From assembly GCF_008000775.2 (NCBI RefSeq), contig NZ_CP042905.2, positions 810,001-842,000 of the forward strand: DNA of 32,000 bases, written 5' to 3'. Under the pieces are notes generated by a model. That model did not search any database, was not told where the DNA came from, and saw nothing but the letters and a program-made list of their open reading frames with translations. The first letter of the stretch is position 1; each line of letters begins with the position of its first letter. A program made the position numbers and the translations under genes. Positions 18,637 to 28,019 of the stretch are shown piece by piece. This stretch comes from Promethearchaeum syntrophicum. Its GTDB lineage: Archaea > Asgardarchaeota > Lokiarchaeia > Sigyniarchaeales > Promethearchaeaceae.

Positions 18637-19014
18637 TTATAGATAATAAGAAAGCCCTATTAACATAACAACAATTAGCAGTAATAATACAATTCTCCCT
18701 GTCCATATATGTATAAGTCGTAATTTTTTTTTTTTTTTTTTAAGTTGAATCAGAGCAAAGAATATCGTAATAAAAACAATAATGATAGCGCTAAAACCTA
18801 AATAAGCATGCCAAAATGTTAAAGATAAGATCCCTAGAAAGAAAACCCCAACTAACATTAATACAATTCCAATACTTGTAAAAATTTTATGCAAAAGATA
18901 CCATTTTTCTTTTGGTTTATGGAAAAAAATAAATATTACACTAATAATTGCACTTAAAATTCCAAGAGAAATCAAAATAAAGTGCGGAAACTGCAATAAA
19001 TTTTGAATACTCAT
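18637..19014 (-). CDS. 4-TM cytochrome-b561-like membrane protein
   Basis: Four hydrophobic segments with His at helix starts: LLHKIFTSIGIVLMLVGVFFLG, FWHAYLGFSAIIIVFITIFFALIQL, RLIHIWTGRIVLLLLIVVMLIGLSYYL. Confidence 0.6.
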   Translation of the reverse strand: MSIQNLLQFPHFILISLGILSAIISVIFIFFHKPKEKWYLLHKIFTSIGIVLMLVGVFFLGILSLTFWHAYLGFSAIIIVFITIFFALIQLKKKKKKLRLIHIWTGRIVLLLLIVVMLIGLSYYL

Positions 19015-19018
19015 GGTT

Positions 19019-19492
19019 TTATTTCCCCTTTTTTTTTATGATTAAGAGCACTATTATTATTGTTCCCATTGAAGAAGTTATGATATTTGAAAGAGGAAAA
19101 CTTGGAATCGTAGGATCATCTTCAAGATCATTAACAATAATAAGAGTTTGAGTTATGGTTCCTCCCTGATTACAAGTACCTGATACAAAGATTTCATCTC
19201 CTTCAGAAGCTGAGATGTTATATTCATACGAAAATTCATTATTAGTTGGTTGTGAAGAATATGTTAATGTTTCCAAAGTTGTTCCGTTCAACTTTATAAC
19301 TACTGTTTCTATGAAATGGGATGAAGGATCAGAAACAGAATGCTTAAATGCAGCTGTTAAAGTTTTATTTTCAGTATCATATGATAAAATTAAATCTTGA
19401 GGGCTATGACTTGTAGCTAGAACTGTAAAATTTGAAAATATTAGGAAACAAAACCCAATTTGTAAATAAAACTTCAGAGTTTTATGTTTCAT
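19019..19492 (-). CDS. Secreted/membrane-anchored small beta-domain protein resembling the superoxide reductase (desulfoferrodoxin/neelaredoxin) fold
   Basis: N-terminal signal-like helix, then SHSPQDLILSYDTENKTLTAAFKHSVSDPSSHFIETVVIKLNG...FVSGTCNQGGTI, then C-terminal TM IITSSMGTIIIVLLIIKKK. Confidence 0.5.
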   Translation of the reverse strand: MKHKTLKFYLQIGFCFLIFSNFTVLATSHSPQDLILSYDTENKTLTAAFKHSVSDPSSHFIETVVIKLNGTTLETLTYSSQPTNNEFSYEYNISASEGDEIFVSGTCNQGGTITQTLIIVNDLEDDPTIPSFPLSNIITSSMGTIIIVLLIIKKKGK

Positions 19493-19582
19493 ATGCTGAT
19501 AAATTGAAACAGAAATTAATAAATCTTATTCTTCTCAAACAAAAATATTATTATAAAAATGATAAAAAAATTGCCAAATATC

Positions 19583-21148
19583 TTAATAGGTTTTCCCCAT
19601 TCTCCAATATTTGGTTACAGGCTTCATACAATGGCTGCAATATATCTCTTTCTCTTTTTTAACTCTTTTATTTAATATCGGTAAATATCTTTCTGGAATT
19701 CCTAAAAATTTAAGACCGTCTAATCTTTTTTCAATTGATTCTGCACAATCTTCTTCACCGCAAAATGGAATTTCGGCAATGCCCTTATTTTTATCAATAA
19801 AATCAATCGCTTCCTCCAAATCATTCGTGCGGAAAATCAATTCATCATGTCTTTTCTTCGCAGTTTTTTGAAGACTTTGCTGAATATCTTTTAATAAATT
19901 ATGTAGATAATTTATTGAATCATCGATTGGAACAAATTCTTTTCCTTTAATATCTCTACGGACAACAGCAATTTGATTTTTTGCAATATCTTTAGGTCCA
20001 ATTTCAACCCGAATAGGTATTCCCCTTAATTCCCAATGGAAATATTTACGACCTGAACTAATCTTTCGGTTGTCCAATCTGACTTTAAATCCTTCTTTCT
20101 TTAGCTTATCATAGAATTCATTACATACTTTCATGACTTCATCTTCTTTATTTTTAAAAAGAATCGGAACTATAACGATTTCTATCGGTGCAACCACAGG
20201 TGGCAATTTTAATCCATTACTATCTCCATGAACAGCAATTAACGAAGCTACTCCGCGTTCGCTTATACCATAACATGTTTGATAAACATATTCTTGATTA
20301 CCATCTGCAGTTTCAAATTTTATATCAAAAGTTTTTGAAAAGGTCTGCCCCAAATTATGAATTGTCCCAATTTGTAGGGCTTTGCGTGATTGCAGAAAAA
20401 TACAATCGAAAGCTATGGTATAATCAGCTCCTGGGAATGTATCCCATTTTGGCCTTTGAGTAATGAGATATGGAACTCCTAATGTGTCAAAAATCTTCTT
20501 GTAAATAGAAACCGCTTCTCGAATTTGATCTGTACAATCCTCTTTGGTTTCATGATAAGTGTGGGCTTCTTTGAAAGTAGTTAATTCTCGAACCCGAATT
20601 AAAGGACGAGTGTTTTTTCCCTCGAACCGGAACATATTCGAAATTTGATAGGTTTTAAGTGGCAAATCTTGATGGGATCTTATCCATTTAGCTACCATTG
20701 GATACATAACGGTCTCAGAAGTCGGACGAAGGGCTAATTTGACATCTAAAGGAGTTAATCCTCCATGAGTAACCCAGTATACCTCTGTCTCAAATCCTTT
20801 TACGGTTTCTTTTTCTTTCATGAATTGATCTTTCGGAATCAACAGAGGAAAAAGCATCTCTTCATGTGGAATAGGAGTATTATCAAGTAAATCTCGCATT
20901 ATTTCCAAGTATTTCCTTCGAATTTTGAATCCATATCCCAACCACACTCCACAGCCCTTTAAATTGTATCTATAGTCGAGAATCTCTGCCTGAAATATGA
21001 TTTCGTTAAACCATTCGCTAAAATTCTCGTCAATATCTGGTAAAGTGTTCTGAATTTTACTCTTTGAAGTTTTTTTAGATACTTTTTTGGAAGTCTTTTT
21101 AGCGGGTTTTCTTGATGATTGAGTTTTTTTGTTTTTTTTGGCTTGCAT
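19583..21148 (-). CDS. proS: Prolyl-tRNA synthetase (archaeal/eukaryotic type) with Lys-rich N-terminal tail
   Basis: [57 protein letters not shown], and C-terminal Zn-type [40 protein letters not shown]. Confidence 0.95.
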   Translation of the reverse strand: MQAKKNKKTQSSRKPAKKTSKKVSKKTSKSKIQNTLPDIDENFSEWFNEIIFQAEILDYRYNLKGCGVWLGYGFKIRRKYLEIMRDLLDNTPIPHEEMLFPLLIPKDQFMKEKETVKGFETEVYWVTHGGLTPLDVKLALRPTSETVMYPMVAKWIRSHQDLPLKTYQISNMFRFEGKNTRPLIRVRELTTFKEAHTYHETKEDCTDQIREAVSIYKKIFDTLGVPYLITQRPKWDTFPGADYTIAFDCIFLQSRKALQIGTIHNLGQTFSKTFDIKFETADGNQEYVYQTCYGISERGVASLIAVHGDSNGLKLPPVVAPIEIVIVPILFKNKEDEVMKVCNEFYDKLKKEGFKVRLDNRKISSGRKYFHWELRGIPIRVEIGPKDIAKNQIAVVRRDIKGKEFVPIDDSINYLHNLLKDIQQSLQKTAKKRHDELIFRTNDLEEAIDFIDKNKGIAEIPFCGEEDCAESIEKRLDGLKFLGIPERYLPILNKRVKKEKEIYCSHCMKPVTKYWRMGKTY

Positions 21149-21286
21149 TTTTCTTTCACATATATTTTAACTTATATTTCTACTATTTATGATATTTTAA
21201 AACGATTAAAAATTAAAAAATCGCTCTTTTTTTGAAAATTTAATATTAGACACAAATAGAAGAGAAAAAAATAAGAATATCCTATT

Positions 21287-21889
21287 TCATTTCATTAAAT
21301 TTTCTGTAATTTGTTTCGCATCCGGGCTTAACGTATAGAATTTTTGACGTCCTTCTTTCTGCGATTCAATAATTCCAAAACTTTGTAACCTTTGAGTATG
21401 AAACGTTATTGCTTGAGGAGAAACTTGTGCAATGTTTGATAAAGATTGATGACTGGCTATTTTCTCACGAGCTAAGAAAGTTATAAGAGTTTTTGGGGTT
21501 TTTCGTCTTAATGAAGTGATAATAGTCTCACGGAGCATTTGTCTCTCTGGATCGCGATCATCAGGGGACACTTTTTGGTCTTGTTCTTGATTAGAAGCGA
21601 AGAAGCATTTATAACGACCATCTCGAATTGCCCGCACTAAACCAATTTTTTCTAAAACTCCGATATGATATTGAACTACTCCCATTTTCTTATCCAGAAT
21701 TCTACAGATTTTTCTAAAATGCAGTCCCGGATTTTTCTCGATTAACTCGTAGATTGTATTCCGCGTTCCTTGTTCCAAAACATCCTCTTTTTTAAAGTCT
21801 CTGCATCTTCTTCTAGTTGAACCATAAGATGCCATGCATGTAGTAGATAAAAGAAGTATTATTAATACCTTATGCTGTAATGCTTTCAT
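21287..21889 (-). CDS. Double winged-helix (ArsR/MarR-like) DNA-binding protein, possibly membrane-anchored
   Basis: Two wHTH units: NTIYELIEKNPGLHFRKICRILDKKMGVVQYHIGVLEKIGLVRAIRDGRYKCFF and TLITFLAREKIASHQSLSNIAQVSPQAITFHTQRLQSFGIIESQKEGRQKFY. N-terminal hydrophobic HKVLIILLLSTTCMA. Confidence 0.8.
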   Translation of the reverse strand: MKALQHKVLIILLLSTTCMASYGSTRRRCRDFKKEDVLEQGTRNTIYELIEKNPGLHFRKICRILDKKMGVVQYHIGVLEKIGLVRAIRDGRYKCFFASNQEQDQKVSPDDRDPERQMLRETIITSLRRKTPKTLITFLAREKIASHQSLSNIAQVSPQAITFHTQRLQSFGIIESQKEGRQKFYTLSPDAKQITENLMK

Positions 21890-22317
21890 TTTAATTCATT
21901 CTAAGAATTTTTATTACAAAGTTTCATTTTCTAAATTATATCTAAAAAATTTGATAATTAATCAATTAAACGTATTAATTATTTTTTCAATTAAAATTTA
22001 TTGAAAATTATTAACAAAAAATGAAAAAATTAATAAGGACTCATGCAAAATTTTTTTTTTGGTTTTAAATTGAAGGGCTTCTTACTAGATGAGAGAATTG
22101 AAATATTTTTAATTTTTAAACCTTTATTTTAAAAATTTTTTAAAAAAAACTAAAAAATCTGAACTTAATTTTTATAAACGTTTCAAAATAATCCAAAATT
22201 TCTAATATCTTTTTGGGAAAAAAAGCAGAAATAACATATGACAAAAGCATTTATATTAGCAAAAACTAGCTCAATTAGAAGTATTTTTAAATTAAAACAA
22301 AATTAAATTCTTAACAA

Positions 22318-22881
22318 TTGATAAATATGGCACCTGGACTACTGGAAGCAGCAATTTTTTTCCAAGGAATGAACCTTGTAGAAGATACATATTATCTTCA
22401 CGATTATGATAAGGTTTTCGATGAATCTCAAAAAAAGACTTTGATTGAAGCAATTACAAATTTAGCAACTAGTGCTTTTGGTGATAATATCCAAAACTTT
22501 GCTATGGGTGATCATGTAGTCTTTCTAACTTCAAGTAAAGTTGAAGTTCCAAATAAAGAACGCGGAAATACCGAATCTTTACCTATTATTATGTATTGTA
22601 TTGCTGAAAAAGACACGAATAAAAAATTGCTAACCGAATCTATGAAAACTGGGTTATTTCAGTTCGTAAATCGTTTCACTTCCTTTGATATAATTAGTAA
22701 AAATGTTGAAAAATTCAAAGAATTCAAAGAAAGATTTGAAAAAATATTCAAAGGCTTAATTAAAACTGAAGAAAAAGAAGATTATTTAAACCACAATAAA
22801 AAAGTAATAAAAAATCAAGGACATCGTGGTGGTTATGGGAGTAGCTATGGGAGTACTTCTAGTTTCCAAGGAAGATATTAA
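22318..22881 (+). CDS. Small soluble protein with longin/roadblock-like organisation and a Gly/Ser-rich C-terminal tail
   Basis: APGLLEAAIFFQGMNLVEDTYYL...IQNFAMGDHVVFLTSS...LPIIMYCIAEKDT...FKEFKERFEKIFKGLIK, then GHRGGYGSSYGSTSSFQGRY. The ORF opens with TTG at 22318; the likely ATG is at 22327. Confidence 0.55.
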   Translation: MINMAPGLLEAAIFFQGMNLVEDTYYLHDYDKVFDESQKKTLIEAITNLATSAFGDNIQNFAMGDHVVFLTSSKVEVPNKERGNTESLPIIMYCIAEKDTNKKLLTESMKTGLFQFVNRFTSFDIISKNVEKFKEFKERFEKIFKGLIKTEEKEDYLNHNKKVIKNQGHRGGYGSSYGSTSSFQGRY

Positions 22882-23025
22882 TTAGAATTAAAATTCTTTA
22901 AAATTATTTATTTAATCCATTTCAGTAAAATGCAGATTTCCTCAAATTAAAAATTTAATCTGTTCAAATCAATTTTAGAGAAAATTTATCCTTCAAAATG
23001 ACCAATTAGAAACCTGGGAGATTTT

Positions 23026-24012
23026 TTATTCAGCATTTTTACTTGATGTGCTAATCTTGTAACAAATTATTTTCATTTTTTCAATGGAACGAAAACCAAG
23101 ACTTTGATACAAAGTTACAGCGTTTTTATTATCGGTTACAGCTTGCAGTTCAATGCGTTTACAATTCTTTAATTTAAATATGTTAATTGCTTCTATCGCT
23201 AGATATCTCCCGATACCTCGATTTTGATATTTCGGATGAACAGCGAGGCTTTGAATATATCCTATTACTCTTTTAGGATCATACTCGATTATACAAAATC
23301 CGATAAGGTCATCAGATTCGTAAGTAAATAGATACTCAATTTCACGTTGTTTTTTTCTGTAATCTTGAATTTCCTTCATTTTTTCAATAGTTGTCGGCTG
23401 AAATCCCGGAACGGGTTGAAATGCATTATTGTTAACAGAAATAAATTGTCTATAATCATCGATTTCCTTAAGATTTCGGATTTTTACACCCTGAGGGATA
23501 ATTGAAGAATAATCATCTTTAAAATCTGTAAGATGCATTTGAAGCAAATATAAGAGGGGATCAATACCTAAATTCTTAAATGCTTGATTAAAAGGAGCTG
23601 CCCTTGGACCTTCCGTGTAAGTGGTGAGTTCTTCAATCTTAAGATTTCTACTGAGCAGAATACTCGCCTCTATTACTTGTTGAGGGAGTTGGGTTTTGTA
23701 ATATTCTGGCAGAATGGCTATGAATAATCGCCATGAACTTGATGTTCCAGAGATATTCGACACTCCTGAAAATCCAATAAGATCTCCCGCTTCATTTTCA
23801 AATTTTAGTATATCACGGGATAGAATGGATTCCTTTCCAAAAATGCGTTCAAAAGTGTTTTTCGTGATTTTAACATAAAATTCTGAAGAGAGATACTTAT
23901 AATGTGCATTCATTATATCGAGTAAAATTGCCCAATCCATGCCTTCATCCCATGGTTTTTCTATAAACTTGTTTCCCACATTTGAACAAGATCTTCTATT
24001 TGATTTTTTCAT
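23026..24012 (-). CDS. Tandem GNAT N-acetyltransferase
   Basis: C-terminal GNAT motif A IQSLAVHPKYQNRGIGRYLAIEAINIFK and IELQAVTDNKNAVTLYQSLGFRSIEK, with a more divergent N-terminal GNAT-like half. Confidence 0.85.
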   Translation of the reverse strand: MKKSNRRSCSNVGNKFIEKPWDEGMDWAILLDIMNAHYKYLSSEFYVKITKNTFERIFGKESILSRDILKFENEAGDLIGFSGVSNISGTSSSWRLFIAILPEYYKTQLPQQVIEASILLSRNLKIEELTTYTEGPRAAPFNQAFKNLGIDPLLYLLQMHLTDFKDDYSSIIPQGVKIRNLKEIDDYRQFISVNNNAFQPVPGFQPTTIEKMKEIQDYRKKQREIEYLFTYESDDLIGFCIIEYDPKRVIGYIQSLAVHPKYQNRGIGRYLAIEAINIFKLKNCKRIELQAVTDNKNAVTLYQSLGFRSIEKMKIICYKISTSSKNAE

Positions 24013-24153
24013 GATTAAAATAAATCAACAGAAAATTCCCTTATAAAGCCCTTACGAACGAAATAAGTCATTTCTGGTGAAAATAAATTTTTAATTTAGC
24101 TTGCATTATATTCACATGAGTATTATTCTAATCTGAAATTTTTTTATTCCTTC

Positions 24154-26394
24154 TTGATATATCTCGTAAAATTATCTATTTGGCTAATAACTATACATTT
24201 TTACTACAAAATCAGTAGCTTTAATAATATATATTTTCTACATTTTAGTATGAAATTCTCCATCAAAGAACAAAATACAAAAATAATTGCATCTGCATTA
24301 TTGATAGGGTTAGTTATTATATCGATTATATATATCCCAAATTGGGATAATGAGGATAAATGGTATGATGATCCAGATGAAAAAGAACCCTATATGAGCG
24401 TAATTTATCCTCTAAAAGATATACTTAATTATAATACCAGCTTTCCACCATATGATATTCCAAATTTGAATTATACTCCGAGAATAGTACCCTCGATATT
24501 AGAATCTGAATTAAGTAATGTGAATTTTCAAGGATATTCATTATCTCCTGCGATTATCTCACAACTAGAACAATATGGGTTTGCTTTAGTTGGAAATTCT
24601 GGTCAAACTTTAAGAGAAATTTATGATTACGAGGACAATCTTAAACCAAAATTTATAACTGCAGATTTTTGTTTACATACCTATCATAAAATCTATGATC
24701 ATCAGTTGAAAAAAATAGAAACCGATTTTTTTGCAAATTATTTTACTTATTTATTAAAAAGCATACAATATCACCAACTAAGTTTAATTGAAGATGATAT
24801 GGACCTAAAAATTGAATCAGCGATTAAACAAAATATTGCCTATGTATCTGTTATGCTATGTTTATTAGATGACAGCAATTCAATCCCCGAAATTGTTAAT
24901 TCTGCAGTTAATGAAGAATTAGCTAAAATCAACTCAAAATCACCCACATATTCAAGTATTTTCGGTTATATAGAAGATTATAGTCAATATATTCCTAGAG
25001 GGCATTATACAGAATCAGAGCTCTTAGAAAAATACTTTATGGCAATGATGTATGCGGGAAGAATGACTTTTATACTCAATGATAGTCAAAATCCACAAAT
25101 GGGAATTGAACATACTCGTAGTGCATTAATTCTACTTGATAGTATTGAAGTAGCGATTAAAAATTTTACAGGATGGCATTGTTGGGAGCATATTAATTCA
25201 ATAACAGGAATGTTCATTGGAGATAGTGATGATTTAACTCCCCTTGAATATTATCAAATATGGAAAGAATTTGACTTTCCTAATGCCACTGAGTTAGTAA
25301 ATGATAATTTAGTTGAAAATATTATCGAAAAATTGCATAAATTCCGAAAACCAAAAATTAATTCAATGATTGTTGCTGATGATTTGGAATTTGAAAAAGA
25401 AACTCAAGGAATGAGATTGTTCGGTCAAAAATTTATACCTGATTCTTATATTTTTCAAGAATTAGCCCATCCTAAAGTCCAATATCGAACTATACCTTCT
25501 GGTTTAGATATTTTTTCTGTTTTCGGAAATAAAATTGCAGAGAATCATCTCCAATCTGAAAATACAACCTATCCTGAATATAATTCTCAAATTACCGCAT
25601 TAAAAGAATATTTTACAAACTTAACGGATGAAGATTGGACGGAAAATTTATATTCAAGCTGGATTTACAGTTTACAATCATTAATACGTAATAATTATAC
25701 TGGATTTCCTGGTTTTATGCAGAATTATGCATGGGAAAATAAAGCATTAATGGGGATGATGGGATCTTGGGCGGAATTGCGTCATGATACAATCCTTTAT
25801 GCTAAACAATCATATAGCGGTTATTGGGGTGATTATACACCCCCGTGGAAAATCGGAGGATATGTAGAACCTAATCCTGAAACTTATGCACGATTGGCAG
25901 CTCTTTCATATCAAACATTTCAAGGCTTATACGAAAGAGGAATGTATGCATCTTATTTTATAGATTTGTCTATTATTTTTCAAAATCTTACATCTATAAG
26001 TATAAAAGAATTAGAAAATATTCCCTTAAGTTCTGATGATTATAATTTTATTGATACTGTTGGTCAGGATATGTTAGATATTTGTGTCGCTAATGAAAAT
26101 GAAGAAGATGAAAATATAAATAGAATGGGTATAATTGCAGATGTACATACAGATCCAAATACCTTTCTATGTTTAGAAGTAGGAACAGGCGATCCATTAA
26201 TTATTTATGCGATTGTTCAAGATACAAATGGAAATTTGAGATTGACTAAAGGAGCAACATATTCTTATTATGAATTTAATCATTCTATGTATGATCGTCT
26301 CACAGATGAAAAATGGCTTGAAATGCTGGATGGAAATGATCCTCCATTAATGCCTAGTTGGATTACATCCAATATTCCAATAGTTTTTTTGTAA
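24154..26394 (+). CDS. DUF3160-like exported/membrane-anchored protein
   Basis: LVGNSGQTLREIYDYEDNLKPKFITADFCLHTYHKIYDHQLKKIE, AVMMYAGRM, GSWAELRHDTILYAKQSY, ADVHTDPN..CLEVGTGDPLIIYAIV. N-terminal TM segment. The likely translation start is ATG 24250 (MKFSIKEQN). Confidence 0.75.
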   Translation: MIYLVKLSIWLITIHFYYKISSFNNIYFLHFSMKFSIKEQNTKIIASALLIGLVIISIIYIPNWDNEDKWYDDPDEKEPYMSVIYPLKDILNYNTSFPPYDIPNLNYTPRIVPSILESELSNVNFQGYSLSPAIISQLEQYGFALVGNSGQTLREIYDYEDNLKPKFITADFCLHTYHKIYDHQLKKIETDFFANYFTYLLKSIQYHQLSLIEDDMDLKIESAIKQNIAYVSVMLCLLDDSNSIPEIVNSAVNEELAKINSKSPTYSSIFGYIEDYSQYIPRGHYTESELLEKYFMAMMYAGRMTFILNDSQNPQMGIEHTRSALILLDSIEVAIKNFTGWHCWEHINSITGMFIGDSDDLTPLEYYQIWKEFDFPNATELVNDNLVENIIEKLHKFRKPKINSMIVADDLEFEKETQGMRLFGQKFIPDSYIFQELAHPKVQYRTIPSGLDIFSVFGNKIAENHLQSENTTYPEYNSQITALKEYFTNLTDEDWTENLYSSWIYSLQSLIRNNYTGFPGFMQNYAWENKALMGMMGSWAELRHDTILYAKQSYSGYWGDYTPPWKIGGYVEPNPETYARLAALSYQTFQGLYERGMYASYFIDLSIIFQNLTSISIKELENIPLSSDDYNFIDTVGQDMLDICVANENEEDENINRMGIIADVHTDPNTFLCLEVGTGDPLIIYAIVQDTNGNLRLTKGATYSYYEFNHSMYDRLTDEKWLEMLDGNDPPLMPSWITSNIPIVFL

Positions 26395-26567
26395 TACTCT
26401 TTTTATATTTTATTTAGAAGTTTTATTTCTTTCTTTTTGGGTTTGTAAAAAATTGGAAATATAATTAGGAATTGAGCGTAAACAATACTTCTAATAAAAT
26501 AAAATTAAAAAATAAGAAAAACTTAAACTCTTTAAGAAGATCTTCTGGAACGATATAGAAATAATAT

Positions 26568-27917
26568 TTACGTTCCTTCTTCAAAACTGGTATGATATTT
26601 ATATTGTTCCTCAGTCCATTTATCTATTTTTATTCCCATGGCTTCTAATTTTGCAAATGCGACATCATTATTTAACTCATCAGGCACTTTGAGAATGGAA
26701 TGTTTTACCTTTAAAACCTGTCTATTCTCAGAAATATATCTTGCCATCATTGCTTGAAGTGCAAAAGACATATCCATTACTTCAGCTGGATGTCCTTCAC
26801 TCAATGCTAAATTTGCGAGCCTTCCTTGAGCAAGTAAATATATTTTATTACCATTTGGCATTATTAGTTCTTCAACACTGGGTCTGATAGTTTTAATTTT
26901 TCCATTTGCTGCCGCGTAAAGATCTTTAGCAACAATTTCAACATCAAAATGTCCTAAATTAGCCAAAATACAACCGTTTTTCAATTTATCTAAATGAGAT
27001 TTGGCTATAATATTATTGCAACCAGTTGCAGTAAAGATCATATCTGCTTTATGAACAATTTCATTCATAGGGGCTACCTCAAATCCTTCAAATACCGCTT
27101 TTAAAGCTTTTACTGGATCTACTTCGGTTACAATTACTCTGGCTCCCAATCCACGTGCTCGAAGTGCCATACCGGATGAGCAATGTCCATAACCCGCAAC
27201 TACTACGGTCTTCCCTGCAAATAGGACATGCATACCATAAATCGCAGCTACTACACCTTGACCGGTTCCTAATTCATTATCAAATTGGTTTTTACATGAA
27301 GCATCATTTACGGGAAATAGAGCCGCTTTTAATGCACCATTTTTATCCATGCTTTCAAATCTGTGCACTCCAGTGGTAGTTTCTTCTTGACAAGCAATAA
27401 TGCAGCCATCTTTTTCAAAATATTCTGGGTAATTTTTATGAGCGGTTACAATTAAGTCTGCCCCGTCATCAATCAAAATATTCGGTTTAGGGATAAGACA
27501 TGCATCCACGCATTCATAAAATTCTTCATCCGTATTATTTGTCCATGCATAAACATGAATTCCCTCAGAAGCTAAGGCAGTTGCAATATGATCTTGGGTA
27601 GATAACGGGTTTGACCCGCAAAGATAAACATCTGCTCCTCCCGCTTTCAAAGTTCTCATTAGATTAGCCGTTTCCTTTGTTACGTGGAGACAACATGATA
27701 TCACTAAATCTTGTAGTGGTTTGTTTTTTTCAAAATCTTTCAATAAACTTTGAATCACTGGCATTTTGTTAAACGCAATTCTGATTTCGTCAAGCCCTTT
27801 TTCTAAGGTTTCATCAGATTCATCAGTAATGAGATATTTCTCATTACCCCATTTTTTTGAGCATAATTTCATTTTAATCATCTTAAAAAATTGTATACAT
27901 ATTATTAGAATTTCCAT
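26568..27917 (-). CDS. ahcY: S-adenosyl-L-homocysteine hydrolase (archaeal type)
   Basis: CLHVTKETANLMRTLKAGGADVYLCGSNPLSTQD, CQEETTTGVHRF, NQFDNELGTGQGVV, VVVAGYGHCSSGMALRARGLGARVIVTEVDPVKAL, LANLGHFDVEI, GRLANLALSEGHPAEVMDMSF. A plausible start is internal Met16 at about 27872. Confidence 0.94.
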   Translation of the reverse strand: MEILIICIQFFKMIKMKLCSKKWGNEKYLITDESDETLEKGLDEIRIAFNKMPVIQSLLKDFEKNKPLQDLVISCCLHVTKETANLMRTLKAGGADVYLCGSNPLSTQDHIATALASEGIHVYAWTNNTDEEFYECVDACLIPKPNILIDDGADLIVTAHKNYPEYFEKDGCIIACQEETTTGVHRFESMDKNGALKAALFPVNDASCKNQFDNELGTGQGVVAAIYGMHVLFAGKTVVVAGYGHCSSGMALRARGLGARVIVTEVDPVKALKAVFEGFEVAPMNEIVHKADMIFTATGCNNIIAKSHLDKLKNGCILANLGHFDVEIVAKDLYAAANGKIKTIRPSVEELIMPNGNKIYLLAQGRLANLALSEGHPAEVMDMSFALQAMMARYISENRQVLKVKHSILKVPDELNNDVAFAKLEAMGIKIDKWTEEQYKYHTSFEEGT

Positions 27918-28019
27918 CCTATATAATAAGTTAACATTATCTCCATTTTTTACATAAATCGGTATAATTTGTTAAAATATTTTTAAATATTTTTAAATTT
28001 AAATACATTATGAGTATTA

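Noticed and set aside
27155-27379. 74-aa plus-strand ORF
   Set aside because: Shadow ORF opposite ahcY.
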